Shown: positions 12,637-25,556, counted from the whole stretch's first letter. The stretch: 63,064 bases of DNA, filler included, from Sphacelaria rigidula (GCA_964200075.2; 5 parts of 5 records of this genome joined end to end with filler, not necessarily neighbours in it); one strand, 5' to 3'. The notes: a model not told the origin generated them from the letters alone. Translations and numbers: made by a program.

Positions 12637-13360
12637 CATCCTCAATGAAAAGCACCATCCTCAACATAGATGATCGGCTGTTACAGGGTCTCGAGAAAAA
12701 CGCTTCACAAAATAATGCTGGTAGAGGTACTAGGGTTTGTAAATGCTGTACAGGGTTTTTCACAAAGGCTGCGAAGAACCCTATGCAGCACGTCCTACAG
12801 GGTGCTATATGTCTACGTGTGCCGTTACCCTCCAAAACTTATCGCGCGTCACCGTGGTGACCGCTTGGTGCGCCAAGGAGTGCTAAGGTGGCCAAGGTGG
12901 CCAATTACCATTCAAAAATCACCGGGTACTACGATGGTGGTTGGTGTATTTACCGATGAGCACCGCCAGAATGACCAGTTTCAACATCAAAAGAAAAGCG
13001 TACATTACCGTGGTTGCTTGATACTGCGGTGAACGTTATCGTCCTAAAAAAGAGGGAATACCGAGATGAGCCCTGTAAATTTAAACTTTTGTCCAGAAGG
13101 TCCTCGTAAAATTTCGGCTCAGAAAAGGTTGTAAGTTTGGCAGACCACTCGGGTCACTCCACATTTTTTCGTGTGACGCCGTTGCACTCCTTTGCCAAAC
13201 CGGTTTCAACCGGCATTGAGGCGGCATCGGGTCCTGCCAACTGTGGCATAAAACTCAGTCCGATCATGGATCAAATTTCGGAGCTACATAGCTTACAAGC
13301 ACCCTTCAGGCCCCGTGATAAATGTGGGGGGGCTGGACCCAACCCAACACTCCAGCCCAG

Positions 13361-13505
13361 GAGCAATGCCACGGTAGGGGTGCACTTTTTTTTTCTGAGG
13401 CTCTTTGCTGTAGGAGCCTGTCGATGACAAACATCTCGGCCTTAGTGTGCCGCCTCAGAATAAATATGCTGTAGTGAAAAGTGCACCCCTACCGTGGCAA
13501 TACTC
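13361..13505. mobile_element. MITE with ~25-29-bp TIRs (GAGCAATGCCACGGTAGGGGTGCAC), possibly PIF/Harbinger type
   Basis: Left GAGCAATGCCACGGTAGGGGTGCACTTTT, right AAAAGTGCACCCCTACCGTGGCAATACTC. A related copy lies at 26383-26643. Confidence 0.75.
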
Positions 13506-15000
13506 TCCGCCAACTCACTCGAAATATAGTGGCTTTTACCAAGACACCCATAAAGTTACCTGGAAGGCGGTAAAGCCCGCCGGTAGGCAGTTCCAAACTC
13601 CAACAGAAGGTATCATGATAGTCTGAAAGCCACGAAGGCGGCTGCCATAGCAACCCCAGTTTCAAGTTTGAGTAAGGCCTATCAGGGTTCGCATGTGACT
13701 TTCGGTGATCGAGCAATCCCCACCTCGCGGGGTATTTCACCATCTTACAAACTTGACACAATATACGATGGTAGAAGTCTGGTTCTACGCGAAACAGACA
13801 GAAGTACAGCTGTACCCGTATGCACAAAGTTGCGCCCTCGACTCTCAGAAAGGGGCAGGTTTGAAGTAGCAACCGCTTGCGATCTGGGTAGTGACGCCCC
13901 TCCTTCGTCACGCTGAGTCCTTGACCGTTTGTCCGCGCTTAGTGCGCCAGGCTGTTGCGCCAGCTTTCCGTACTAATTATTGTGATCGCCCCTCTTCTCA
14001 CGATGGTTTCTCGTTCGGACTCAATATAAATGATACCGAGGAACATCGCTGCTTCAACTGGAGCACTACAGCCGGTATAAAAAAATCAAGTGATTCCCAA
14101 AGGCCTCCATATAATTGAAAATGAATAACACTGGATTGTGAGGTTGTGGGCAGTCACATCGTGTTCAAAATCGAAATTCCATTCTCAAAAAATTGTTTTG
14201 GGATCTTTATTCTCCTTATCACAGCGCTTGTGATATTCGCGAGCTCGCCGCTGCAGCACACTACATTTTTGTCCATAAGTGAAATATTTCACTCGTCGTG
14301 AGCGAAAAATATGTATGTACGCCGCAATTAGATATGATCGAGAGCAAATCTTCACAAACAAGGAACCGCTGAAATCTGCGTTTGTCATGTCGTGTAACCG
14401 CTTGCATGTGCGGCACGCCGCCAAAAGTTGGTTGCTCTGTGCCGAAAAAAGCACAGTGACGCCGCCGACAAATGCGAAAAACTGGAGTCAAGTCTACGCG
14501 TTGATTAAACACACCGCCCCCTCAGCGTGATGATAAAACCCTATTGCAATGGGTAAAGTTGCCGACAGCAATGCCATCTTCTACACGCCCTTCACGATGA
14601 CTCCGACACAGATGACGAGTCAGCTCACTGCACGCCAAGAAATTGCTCGTCATGTGGAGCAGTACCTCTCCAGCTGTTGAGAGCAACTCGAAGAGAGTGG
14701 GCATGTCTTTCTCGATCCGCTCAGGCTCCCGTACAGGTAAAATGCAATCCGCATGTTCACAAACATGTTGACAGCTGGTGTCATCACCAGCTGTCAACAT
14801 CGCTGCAGACCAAATAAAACCCGCTGCATTTCACTAATTTTCCAGTTCGGAGTCAAACCTCACCGATTCCTCGTCAAGCCCTAGAGAAATCCTGGATCCA
14901 TACAAATAACAGTACCGCACGGAAGTCCGTACAATCTACCACATTTACACGAGCCCAGTGTAGTTCCACGTTCAACTCCCACGGAGTCAATGGCACGGAG

Positions 15001-18000
15001 TCAATGTGATGTGATCCCCGCTCCCCGACCAGCGCTTCTTCTTCGTCCCTCTGCGGCCGCTGCCCGCCTATCCGCGGCCGCTTTAGCCTCCGTACCGCAC
15101 CCCCTGCCGTTGGCACCAGCGTTGCCCGCAGCTGGTGTCGACGATGCAGCTGCCGCCGCCCGTCGGAAAGGATTCGATATTGACCCACCGGCGGCTGCTC
15201 CGGCGGTCTGCCTCTGTGCTACCGTCGTTCTGGTCATCGCAACTGCTGTTGCTGCTCCCTCGCATTTGTGGTCGTCTTCGTGCCGGTGCCTGAAGCAGAA
15301 GTTCTTCGAGCAACTTTTGCAAGAAACCTGCATTATACACGAGAGTAGTTCACCAAATTCGTTCGTGAGAGTGGAGCCGTCAAGTAACGCGTGCCATTGA
15401 TTTCTCGAACGCCACCGAGCACTACAGATTAGGCAGGTGATTTCTTCTCCGTGCCGTTCCGCGTATTTAATCCACAGCAGCCGCGAACAAGGGTTGCTTT
15501 TGTTGTAAGGAATGATACACAAATGAAGAACTGCACCAAAGACGAAACTGGACACAACCCACACTTGGCGGGGGGAAGGGGCGCCAGCGGTTACATGAAA
15601 GGCTAGTGATTTGGCTTCCAGACGCCGTCACGACTCTGAAACTCAAGTACAGCTCAGTTGATAAGAGGGCGACGATGATGGACTCGGGGCAAGGATGTGC
15701 ACTGCTTTCGAGAGGTTGGTATGAGTTACCGCGAGTCTCGAAGATCGAAATCAGGTGGGTAAAAAGAAAAATATCAGGTGGCTGAGTTGCCGGGAGCTCG
15801 CGCCCCACCATGTAGGGAAGAATAGAAAAGGATCAATGCACCCCACCGTGTCTCCATGTACGTTGGATAATTCCTGCAGCTAATGCAGCTGCTTGTAGTG
15901 GCTTTCATGCTGCTTTGTGGTGATTTTGAGCACATGTATGCAACAACTCTTCAAGGCTGAACGGGGGATATACTCATGAACTTGCATCCCGTAGTTATGA
16001 GACGATTGACCACGCATCCCTACAAAGCCGGGACGGAGCAGGCCGAGTTTTCGCGGGACCAGGCTCGCAATCAATCGCCAAGCGCGAAGCACCGTGATGT
16101 GTTCGGCGGGGTGCATAAAGGGTGAGCTGCACCCTACCAAGACTGTTCAACTCAAAGCGTACTAATTATGTTGCATATGGATGGCAGCTTCGAGTGGGTT
16201 ACTTCCTTTTCTGATATCACCACTCCGGAGACAGCCACGGGCTACACCGCCGCGTGAGCTCATTGCACACCATGTAGTGCGATCACCCCCTTCGCGCGGA
16301 GTTGAGGGTCTCCACCCTGCAAAACAGCATCTAGCTCGAACACCATTCATGGTTACTGCAAATAGACCCAAGTGAAAACAAAACGGCAACCTGGTTGTCT
16401 AGCTCACGAAATGAGTGGCGTGATTTACAGCGTCGGTGCCAACCGATGCCGACCCTCAAAAGGGGGGGGGCGAAGAGAGGAGGGACGGGACCGAGATATG
16501 TGCTACCCTTTGTCCGTCTCAAGATTTTGCTTCGTGCATTTGCACGGTGTAACATGCCGTAAGGCCTACGGATCTCACCTAACACGTGCAGCGCACACAC
16601 ACTACGCCCCATCAAGATCGATGCGACATCTTCATTGCTGTACACACTACTCAAAATTAGGAAAATGAGCAGAAATCCCTCAACTCTCTGGGAACCCTCC
16701 CTTCCCATCCCCGGACCAGACGCCTCATTATATCAAAGCCCTGACAAAGAAGAAAATACGTTAACAGAAAAGGCCAACGGGAACTATTTTACTGTGGAAG
16801 ACCGGAGAAGAACCCACCATCACACGCCTCGGGTGCAGGGAAAAAACTCCCCCCCGGAGAGGTCGAGTAAGGTTTATCCAATCGTTCCACACAACAGGTG
16901 ATGTGTGTCTAATTGTATGCATCGACAAAATTTCACTAACACGCTGTGAAACTCGCCATCACATAAACATCAAGGGGTTCCAGGCTCCGACTCGGCACAT
17001 CCGTACACCAGCAATTGCGTATAAGTGAAGCACCGTTTTGGTGGGCTGCATCATCAGACGGAGGCCATACTGTGAGTATGCTGTGAATAATCAACTGTAT
17101 CTTGTTCAAAACCCATCAATTACAAATCATCAATCTTCCATCACCAGCCCCAAAAGAGAGAGACAATCTGCGTCGAAGCATGTGAGATTCCTTGCCGTGG
17201 GGGGGGGGGGTGCATTTCGCGCAACAGGGGGTATACGCCGCGGGACATGTCCGCTCACGTACACACTCACCACCAGAGCACTAAAATCACGCGATATATC
17301 GTACGGAATAGAACCACACCGCTGCTCACCTTTACGAATTCCGACCCTCGGCACCCCGGCACGGAGCACTTTTGTTTATTCGACCGGGCTTTACGAACCT
17401 CCGCCACGCACCCGCTTGCTACATGAAGCTTGACAGTCACATCTCGTGGCATCCCCGATTGCGATTTGAGAATCTTGCCGCACAGGGAGCACTCCAGGAC
17501 GCGTTTCTGTGTGACACCAGCAAAAAAGGTTTGTCGATATCAGTACTTTTACGCGGTGGTGCGGTGTTTGCATTTGAGAAGCAAGCGGCGGTGGTTATTT
17601 GTGTGACTGCAGGGTTGTGCGGCTAGAACTCGCGCGCACTGGTGGCCGCTGCGCGGTGCAGCGTCGCAAGGCTCAACCCTCACATCAGTCAATCAGCTTG
17701 TCGCCCTGGGCGGAACAGTACAGTTCGATCTTGTCATTTAGAGAGTGTATTCTGCAATGTTTTGTATACAGTTGTGCGCACTGCATGGAGCCACTCACGT
17801 CGTCAAAGTTTGCGTTGGCGCAGTCATGGGCTGCATGGGTTCGGTGCTGCAGGCAGTGGACGTTGCCGCAGCCATTGCAGGTGAACGGCAGGAAATCTAA
17901 GCCCAGAGGAAGAGCACGCAATAATGAAGGAGCACACGAGATAGGCGTACGGCGAGAGAGCACGAGGCGCGAGCGTAAGAAGTCTGAGGTTTTTTGGGTG

Positions 18001-18643
18001 CCAGGATATTTCATATTTCTGGCTCTACGGAGTTCTCAGGCACCATATAACGGTCTTTACACCCACCGTTTCTTCGTTGATCATCGCTTCATTTTGCGGT
18101 CATTTATTCCACTACGCGCAATACAACAGTGCCATATCGGAGTTGTAGAAACTTCACTGTGGGGTATACGACTATTTCCTACAGTAGACAATCTAACTGA
18201 TACTCGGGTCGGGCCGTTCGGAAGGGGGGGCCTGCTGTGACGGTTCAGTATCTTGTATCTTGCACACTATGTATGCTCTACAGGCTACAGTATCATACAT
18301 CTCGCATGGGAATATAGTAATGTTGCCAAGCGATGGTTAGGTTCGTGAAGTCAGCCATGACAGCAAGCGACACAAGCGTATACATCTGCAGCAAACGCCG
18401 ATGAAAGAGGGTGCGATGAACCGAGAGGGTACACACAGCGCGAAATAATCTGTACAGCAGCAGGCCTGTAGCGGACGCTGGACGGCAAAAGTGCGGAATG
18501 ATCCCAATTTTCGTCCCGCTCTCTTACACTTGATCCTACAGTAGTCGTTGTACAGTTGTGCGAGAGTACAGGTTGGCTAAAAACACACCTTGTTGGTTGC
18601 AGCCCTCCGCTGAGCAATGCTTGCCTAGGTCATGGAACTCCAT
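15001..18643 (-). CDS. ZFAND2: AN1-type zinc finger protein 2 (AIRAP/ZFAND2-like), 4 exons, 218 aa
   Basis: complement(join(15001..15327,17330..17506,17799..17896,18589..18643)), all GT-AG with consistent phases. Product [44 protein letters not shown]...CSLCGKIL...HVASGC...[36 protein letters not shown]: two AN1 fingers around a CxxC..H...C linker. The N-terminus resembles the ZFAND2 MEFPDLGxHC motif. Confidence 0.93.
15963..16275. repeat. Dispersed ~310-bp repeat family A (SINE-like), copy 1, in ZFAND2 intron 3
   Basis: G-run + TACTCATGAnCTTGCAT...CGCATCCCTACAAAGCCGGGACGGAGCA...CAAGCGCGAAGC...AAGGGTGAGCTGCACCCT is shared with four other loci in the window. Confidence 0.9.
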
Positions 18644-18970
18644 TATTTTCAATTTATTTTCAATTACTTGATGATGTGGTGATGCCAGCGGTTCGTGCCG
18701 TATGATTTACTTGTGGTGGTGTAGGGTGAGATGTTTTCGTCTCTGAGACGTAGCAAGAGAGGCCTGTAGAGGTCCAGAAGGATTATGAGAATTTCAACAA
18801 AATTGTCATAATCTATTTTCAGCTTTCTAGTAAATTGTCATGATTTGTCTACCCTGTGCAAGAGCAGAATTCGTCGGAAGAAGCAACCGTCTCGTGCACA
18901 CGGACGAGGTACCGAGAGACGCAGCAAGTGGTAGATTCACGTACACCCATCTATAGCAGAAGCCTACATT
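18644..18970. promoter_or_regulatory. Putative bidirectional promoter between ZFAND2 and UBP6
   Basis: Only 327 bp separate the two divergent ATGs (18643 minus, 18971 plus). No repeats are recognised in this interval. Confidence 0.7.
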
Positions 18971-21900
18971 ATGGTGAAAGTTGCTGTGAAGTGGAATAAA
19001 AGAGTCTTCGAGGATGTGGAAGTCGCGGCAAATGTCATCGATTTCAAGACCAAGCTCCAAGAGCTAACGGTAAGGATGGTCGCATATAGGGCTAAACGGA
19101 GCCAAGCAAGCACATGCCCGTGCGAAGATGACGCTGCAGCGTAATACACAGAGTCTTGCAATAGATACGCTCTGGTAGATGCTGGATTTTTTTGCTGGAA
19201 TTGCGGCTCCTTCGCCCGATCCGTCTTTGACGACGTGGTCACTTCGCAGCATGGGGTCCATGTTCCTTTGGGCCGAGCGTGGTTGACGCGTTTTGTGCTG
19301 GAAGGACGGGTAACGAAGGGGACTTGGGACATGAGGGGGTATTGTCAAGCAAGTAGTCTATCCGCCGTCCAAATGCATATTGTGCCGCGGCTGTGCCGCT
19401 GTAGCCCCGGGTACTATACGGTATTTGAGTGAAGTGCTCTCTTTTGATCTGTCCGCCGGGCTCCGGTCTCGTGATCCAGTGTGAGAGCAGCGGTGTTTGG
19501 ATACAAAACCTAGCTTTGGCTCGTTGTGACTGGCTCCAGCACACTGTAGATACTGTCGTCTGTAGTCCTGTTTGTACCCTCGTCCGCGCCAGCAACTTCG
19601 ATGCTTGTGTATCACGGCTCTGGGATCTCGCATGCTGAATATGACTCCCCTGGTTGGGCTGTAATGGCGTGGACAACTATCACGCAACTTCTACCTGAAC
19701 GCAGATACCGCGTACTGCACGGCGCTTCATGGTTCGTGCTGACCCTAAATCTCCCGTGGTCCAGGCGGTATCAAACCCCTCCTTGCCCACGTGGAATTTT
19801 CCTGTGCACAACGCAACTGCTACTTCCCGTGGTTTAACTGTAAACCTGGGACAAAATCCACCATCGTATTTTCCCTTATTTCCATTGGTTGCGGTTATGC
19901 GTCGGGCCGGGGGGGGGGGGGTGCACAGGGTGTTCCTGCCGCTAGGCAAAAGCTGATGGCGAAGGGCGCGTGGAAAGGCATTTTGAAGGACGACATGGAT
20001 CTTTCAGGGTGCCCCATCAAGGACGGCCAGCAGGTTGTCAAGAGCCTCCACTTTTGTTTTGTTGAACTGCCTTTCGTGTACGTTGTAACCATGACTTCTG
20101 CAAGAGTTACCTCTTCGGAGGCCGATTTGGGTCGCCTGAACCCCTGTAAGGCCGAGGTCCTCCCGCGGGTGATTTGCAGGGTGGGGAAGGGAGGGGAGGG
20201 GGGGGGGGTATTGAGGAATAGTTTGTGTTGGTGAGCTGACGACGCTCATAGAAATTAGTAGGACTGGGTGGGGGGAAGTCGTTGCCACGACTCGCATGGA
20301 CCGTGACACTTTGGTATCACTATAAGAGGTAATGCCGCCAGCATTACCGTAGGCGTAAATGTCCGAAATTTTCACAAGCACCAGCCTGCGGTCATACCGT
20401 TGTGTGGCCGTCCGATCGGGGGCGTCAACTCGACATATGCTGGTGGTTGTGCTCGGCGATTACACTAGCCACCTAGCAGGCACGCCCCGGAATGTACAAC
20501 TTATCTGATTAACTCCGACTGCATATATTTAGGCAAAATGTTGTGCGCGCCCATGTTCAATATGGATCCATCTATGCCTACGCGGCAGGTTACTCGCCAG
20601 TACCGAAGATTTGAACTCGCTCCCCTTGCATTCTGGTCTACAGGTTCTTGCCAAAACAGCGCCACTCATGACACAAATACTCGGAACAACTAGCATAGAT
20701 GTCGAAGAAGATCAAATATCCAAAACACCCAGGGCTTCCATCTACTGAATCGTCTTCATATCATCATATCTCCTTTTTTTTCCTCGACAGAAGGAGGAAA
20801 CCCAGCCCAACACATATCTCGCAAGCGAATTCGTGTGCCGATTACCCGAAGGCTCGGCTAGACTGTCTTGCGGCTGTCATGAATAGAAGGCGCCTCGAGC
20901 GTTTGCAAGGTTTGCTCAAGACTGTGCGGGGGATGCTCCCACTAAACCCCTTACCAAGTTGACGCAGTACACACGCCGCCATGCTCTTCTGAGCTTCGGC
21001 CCTAGGATCATATCCACTTGATAAATGATTGTCAGAACATGGTACATGTGCGCGTGCGGAAACGGTCAACACATGGATGGACGTACGTCCTGGGCAACCG
21101 CACCTGGGCACCCGCACCAGTGAAGTGAGAGATGCGCCTTTGTTTTGTTGAAGAAGTAAAGGTTCACTTCGCCTTCTTCAAGAAGAATGTCAGAGCGCCT
21201 GATAGTTCCAGTCTTGGTGGCAGTATATATCCCGCCACTTTTTTCGACGGGGTGATTGATTTAGTGGAAAATACTGCTCTTGTTTGGACCCCATAACCTT
21301 TATTTCCCGCCACTCCCATTTTTTCTTGGTGATACCGATGGAAAGCAGGTGACCTTGATGGGCAGCGCGGAGGTGCTCGTGGCGCCGAAGGAGCAGGTTC
21401 GCTTCATGGAAGACATGAAGGCCGAGGTAACGTGACATTTGGCCACTGCAAGTATGAGAGCGCTTGATCATGAAACACGTGCACCTAAACCCTGAACTCA
21501 CTTCTGTCAACTCCGTCAACTCGAAGATTGCCACGCTTTTCCTTGCGTGTATATGCTGCGTAGAGCCCCACTTGTCGTAGCCTCGAAGCTGTTCGGCCGC
21601 CGCAGTTCATGGCACAGCTCCAAGTTATTCTCCTCCCTCGTGTATCTCCTCTTTTTTTCGGGCACCCGCGCACTGAAATCTTTCTCAGGACTTGGCGAAA
21701 TCTGGCGCCACGCTGCCCGCAGGATTTGTGAACATGGGCAACACGTGCTACATGAACTCCACCTTGCAGTGCATGCGCAAGGTGAATGCAACGCACACAT
21801 ATACGCCATGACTCGATCTTCATTTTTGTTGTTGTTGTTGGTGTCGAACATAGCGGGAAGGGGAAGGAGCAAGGGGACAGAGCTACATCGGCCGATATGT

Positions 21901-24340
21901 CAATGGTAGCCAACCATGGCTCAGGTCAAATTCTCGAGAGTAGTTGTCTTCCTGGTATTTCTCCTGCCTTGAATTTTCACCGTACGTGATCGTGGGTGCC
22001 TCCTGTAGGTATGATGCTGTAGTGCGTGCTTCGTGACGATGTCTTGGGTTAGGGTGTCTATGGCGAGACAGAGCCCGTTGATGTAAACGGCGATGAACCC
22101 TCGTGCCTGCACAGAAACCGAGTTTGCCGGGAATATCCCCCCTCCTTGGATATAGCAAAATTACTGTTCGGGGGTCGATGGAAATCCGCGCCTGAGTTCC
22201 CGATCGCCCTACTCTGCACCAATAGCCTACCGCAGAGGGTGGGGAAGGAGGTCAAACTCCGCTCAAATCGTGATATGACCGTAGCTTAACCCAGCAGGAA
22301 CTTGGTGACTGTTCAATGTAGTTCTCCCCACAGTCCCATGTTTCTCCTTTGTTCGAAAGAACGAGACTCCTTCACCGGTTCGTTGGCCCAGAAGGGGTGG
22401 AGCGGGCTACCCATCGTATGAACAGTGCTCCTTCTCGCACAGTCGATGAAGCGGAAACATGTGTCATCATATGCCCAGAGCACCTCAAGATCACCAACCG
22501 GTTGTCATTCGTACCTTTCGGTGCCCAAAAAGAGATTCACTGTTTTTTTCGGGGTAGTTTTATTTACATTCTCGATATAACCTCGAAGATGCATGGGCGC
22601 CATCCGTCGTTTGTCTGTGGCGTGTGTGATAATATTCCACCCTCCAACCCAGGTGCCGGAACTGCGCGAGGCGTTGACGACCTTCCGGCCAACCGGCGTC
22701 GGGAACGCGAGTCCCAACGTGGCACCCCTGTTCACGACCTCGCTGAGGAATATTTTCGATGAGGCGGACAGGTCCACGGACGCCATCCCGCCGGTCATGT
22801 TCGTGCAGGTGCGATTCCTTCATCCATCCATTCGCATACCATACGACGTGCTTGCTGCCTTCTACTACGGAATGCTTTAGCTGTGCCTGCTGGCACAAAG
22901 AATAAGTCATTGGAACGCTCCTTACAGTGAAAAGTTGAAAACCTTTCGCTCTTTTTGTATCTCGAAAACATTTTATAAACCCTCTCCGTTTTCCCCGGGA
23001 CGCGTCCGTGGGTCTCCAGGGATCAACACACTTCTTCCCCCGCACACACCCTATATTTTGGTATCACGGATTGGGTCAGCTACCTCGCACTGCGTCGACT
23101 CGCCCAACAAAATCAATAACTCAAACAAACTCTTTTTGCTAGTAGCGTCCTCATGCGCTAACGGCGGAAATCAGACACTCGCCTGAAAAAAAGCAAAAAA
23201 AACGAACCTGGTAGGAATGGAACCCATGTTTTTTCCGACCCTATGTTGTCAAATGTGTCATTAGACAGACCACCGGAGCGCGGTGCCTGCGCTGTGCTAT
23301 ATATCTACTCGAATGTTCATTCTTGGAGTGAGGATCCAGTTTTTTAGCATGTCGTTTTTTCTATCGCAACCTGCGTTGTGCTGCAGTCAGATGGGCCATA
23401 TGTGCACGCGTGCCTTTCCCACGCGCTCGTACTCTTTTGATCCGTACGTGGTGCGGCATTGTCCTGCGCTCAATGCGACGCGATCAACAACCATAGGTGT
23501 TGCGGCAGCTGTTCCCGCAGTTCGCGCAGCAAGGCCCTCGAGGGGGCTTCATGCAGCAGGACGCCGAGGAGCTCTACAGCGCTGTAGTCAACACCCTCGC
23601 GCAGACCCTGAAGGAGGTACGTAACTCGTGATAGATTTCGGGATCGTCGTTTCATCTCTTGGTCGGTGGTGTGACTCTTTCGCTCACCACGGTCTTGATT
23701 TAATGTCCGTCATTACGTTGTGTTTGGATTTGGATTATTACCCCTTTGTGAGATTGGATTCCGTCGTCGTGTTGGTTCTGACAGAAGCCCGTCGCTGTTT
23801 GTTCGTTGTCTTGGGGGTCAAATGCACAGATCGACATGTGTCATGCTGCCAACCGTCACCCCCTGTTATTTTTATTACTGATGCTTTTTCCAGTTTTGAT
23901 GGGGTTTTTTTTGCTGGTTGCCGTGCTGTACGCGTCTTCATCGCATCTTTTTTTGTTTTGCTACTACCCAGCCGGTAGCGAGCGCGATTAAGGAGGGCGA
24001 CGAGGTACGGTACAGGAGTGGGGGAGGCGCGGGAGCAGTACCGGCAACACCAGAGAAAGGGACAACAGAGGAGGGAGACGGGGCCAAGGCAGGGGAAGGG
24101 GCAGGGGCAGAGGCGAAAGAGGAGAGGGCGATAGTGGTTAAGGTGCACCCCGACGCCGAGGGGGTTCACTACACCATACGAACCTTGGGCAAGGACGGCA
24201 AAGAGAAGAATACCACTGCGGAACACATCTCAAAGGTATTCGCGCTCGCAGATCTAGGGACGTCGAAGAATTTGGTGGACGCCCTCTTCGGCCTGGAGAT
24301 GGTGGATGAGTTCAAGTGTGAGGAGAGCGGAGAGTCCAAG
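18971..24340 (+). CDS. UBP6: Ubiquitin carboxyl-terminal hydrolase 6/14 (proteasome-associated UBL-USP), 5' seven exons; 3' part missing
   Basis: join(18971..19069,19929..20033,21349..21426,21689..21781,22653..22808,23497..23616,23972..24340), all phase 0, GT-AG. UBL MVKVAVKWNK...LQELTGVPAARQKLMAKGAWKGILKDD...VTLMGSAE; PKEQVRFMEDM; Cys box LPAGFVNMGNTCYMNSTLQC; LRQLFPQFAQ...MQQDAEE; NLVDALFGLEM...KCEES. Confidence 0.95.
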
Positions 24341-25556
24341 GTGCGTGAATGTGTGTAGATATGTTTGTGAATGTGTGTGTGAGTTGCCTGGAATTTTTTC
24401 ACGGCATACGCAGTGTCGGGTACGTGGGGGATGGGAATGGAGGAGGCATGGCCGGGGGAGGAAGTGTAGGGTCACAGAAAAGTTGAAGAGCTTGGAGGTG
24501 CTGTGCGACGGTCGGGGAGTTCAGGGATCCATGTTTTTCAAGGCAGCCTGGTGAGACAAAGGTCCCGCCGTTCTTACATTAGGTACGCCGACTGAACGTA
24601 TTCGTGAGTAGCTCCCGAAGACGGACGTTCTTGCTGTCATTTTTGGGGGATGCTTGCTGTTAGGAGCATGGGAGAAAATGCTACGGATGAAGAGCCCCCC
24701 CGTTGTTGAGAACGAGTGAACGGGAAAGACAGGAATATTGCCGCACTATGATATTACCGTTCTCGGTTTGAGATGGCATGAGACGTCGTGCGTTTGTGCC
24801 CTACCGGGAGAATTTGCCCCCTGTATGGATTTTCTCTGAGCGCGTTTGTTTCCGATAGCAGCTGCTATGCCGGCAAGCACTAAATGGGTTAGTTTTCCAG
24901 GTGCATATGAATCTTGGTCGTCGGTCGTACATAGAGTTGTTGAGGTTGAGGTTGAGGTTGAAGTAAACTGTGTACTTGCAAGAATGTCCCGTCCACCTTG
25001 GTTCTTCCGCTCGGGTGTGTGAATCGTAAAGCGAAACCGTACTTGTTTCACTCTCGGGTTTTGAAGAGGTGTGAGCCGATTAAAATTGTGCACGGTGAGG
25101 ACAAATCATCACGACTCAGAATCATCAAATTTACGATTTCTTTGGCCTGATAGCCCAAAAGGGAGAAAAAANNNNNNNNNNNNNNNNNNNNNNNNNNNNN
25201 NNNNNNNNNNNNNNNTTAATTAATTAANNNNNNNNNNNNNNNNNNNNNNNNNNNNNNNNNNNNNNNNNNNNCTGAGTGAACATGCACACGTACGGATATA
25301 ATTATGCGGATGTGCGGGTACTGGTAGTCGAGTGTGTGTGACTACAGTATCCCGCTCATGACAGCTGCCGAGCTGCCATGAGCCCTCTCTCTCACTCAGC
25401 ATCTGATCCCTCAGTCATAGGGTCAACTCAGTCTAGGCACTCTCCAATAATACAAAAGACAAAAATATCTATCCTTCGCCACGGGCCACGGAATACACTT
25501 CATCCGGGACTGTCGATCAGGAGCAGAGGTGACGTGCTGCTACATATGACAATACT

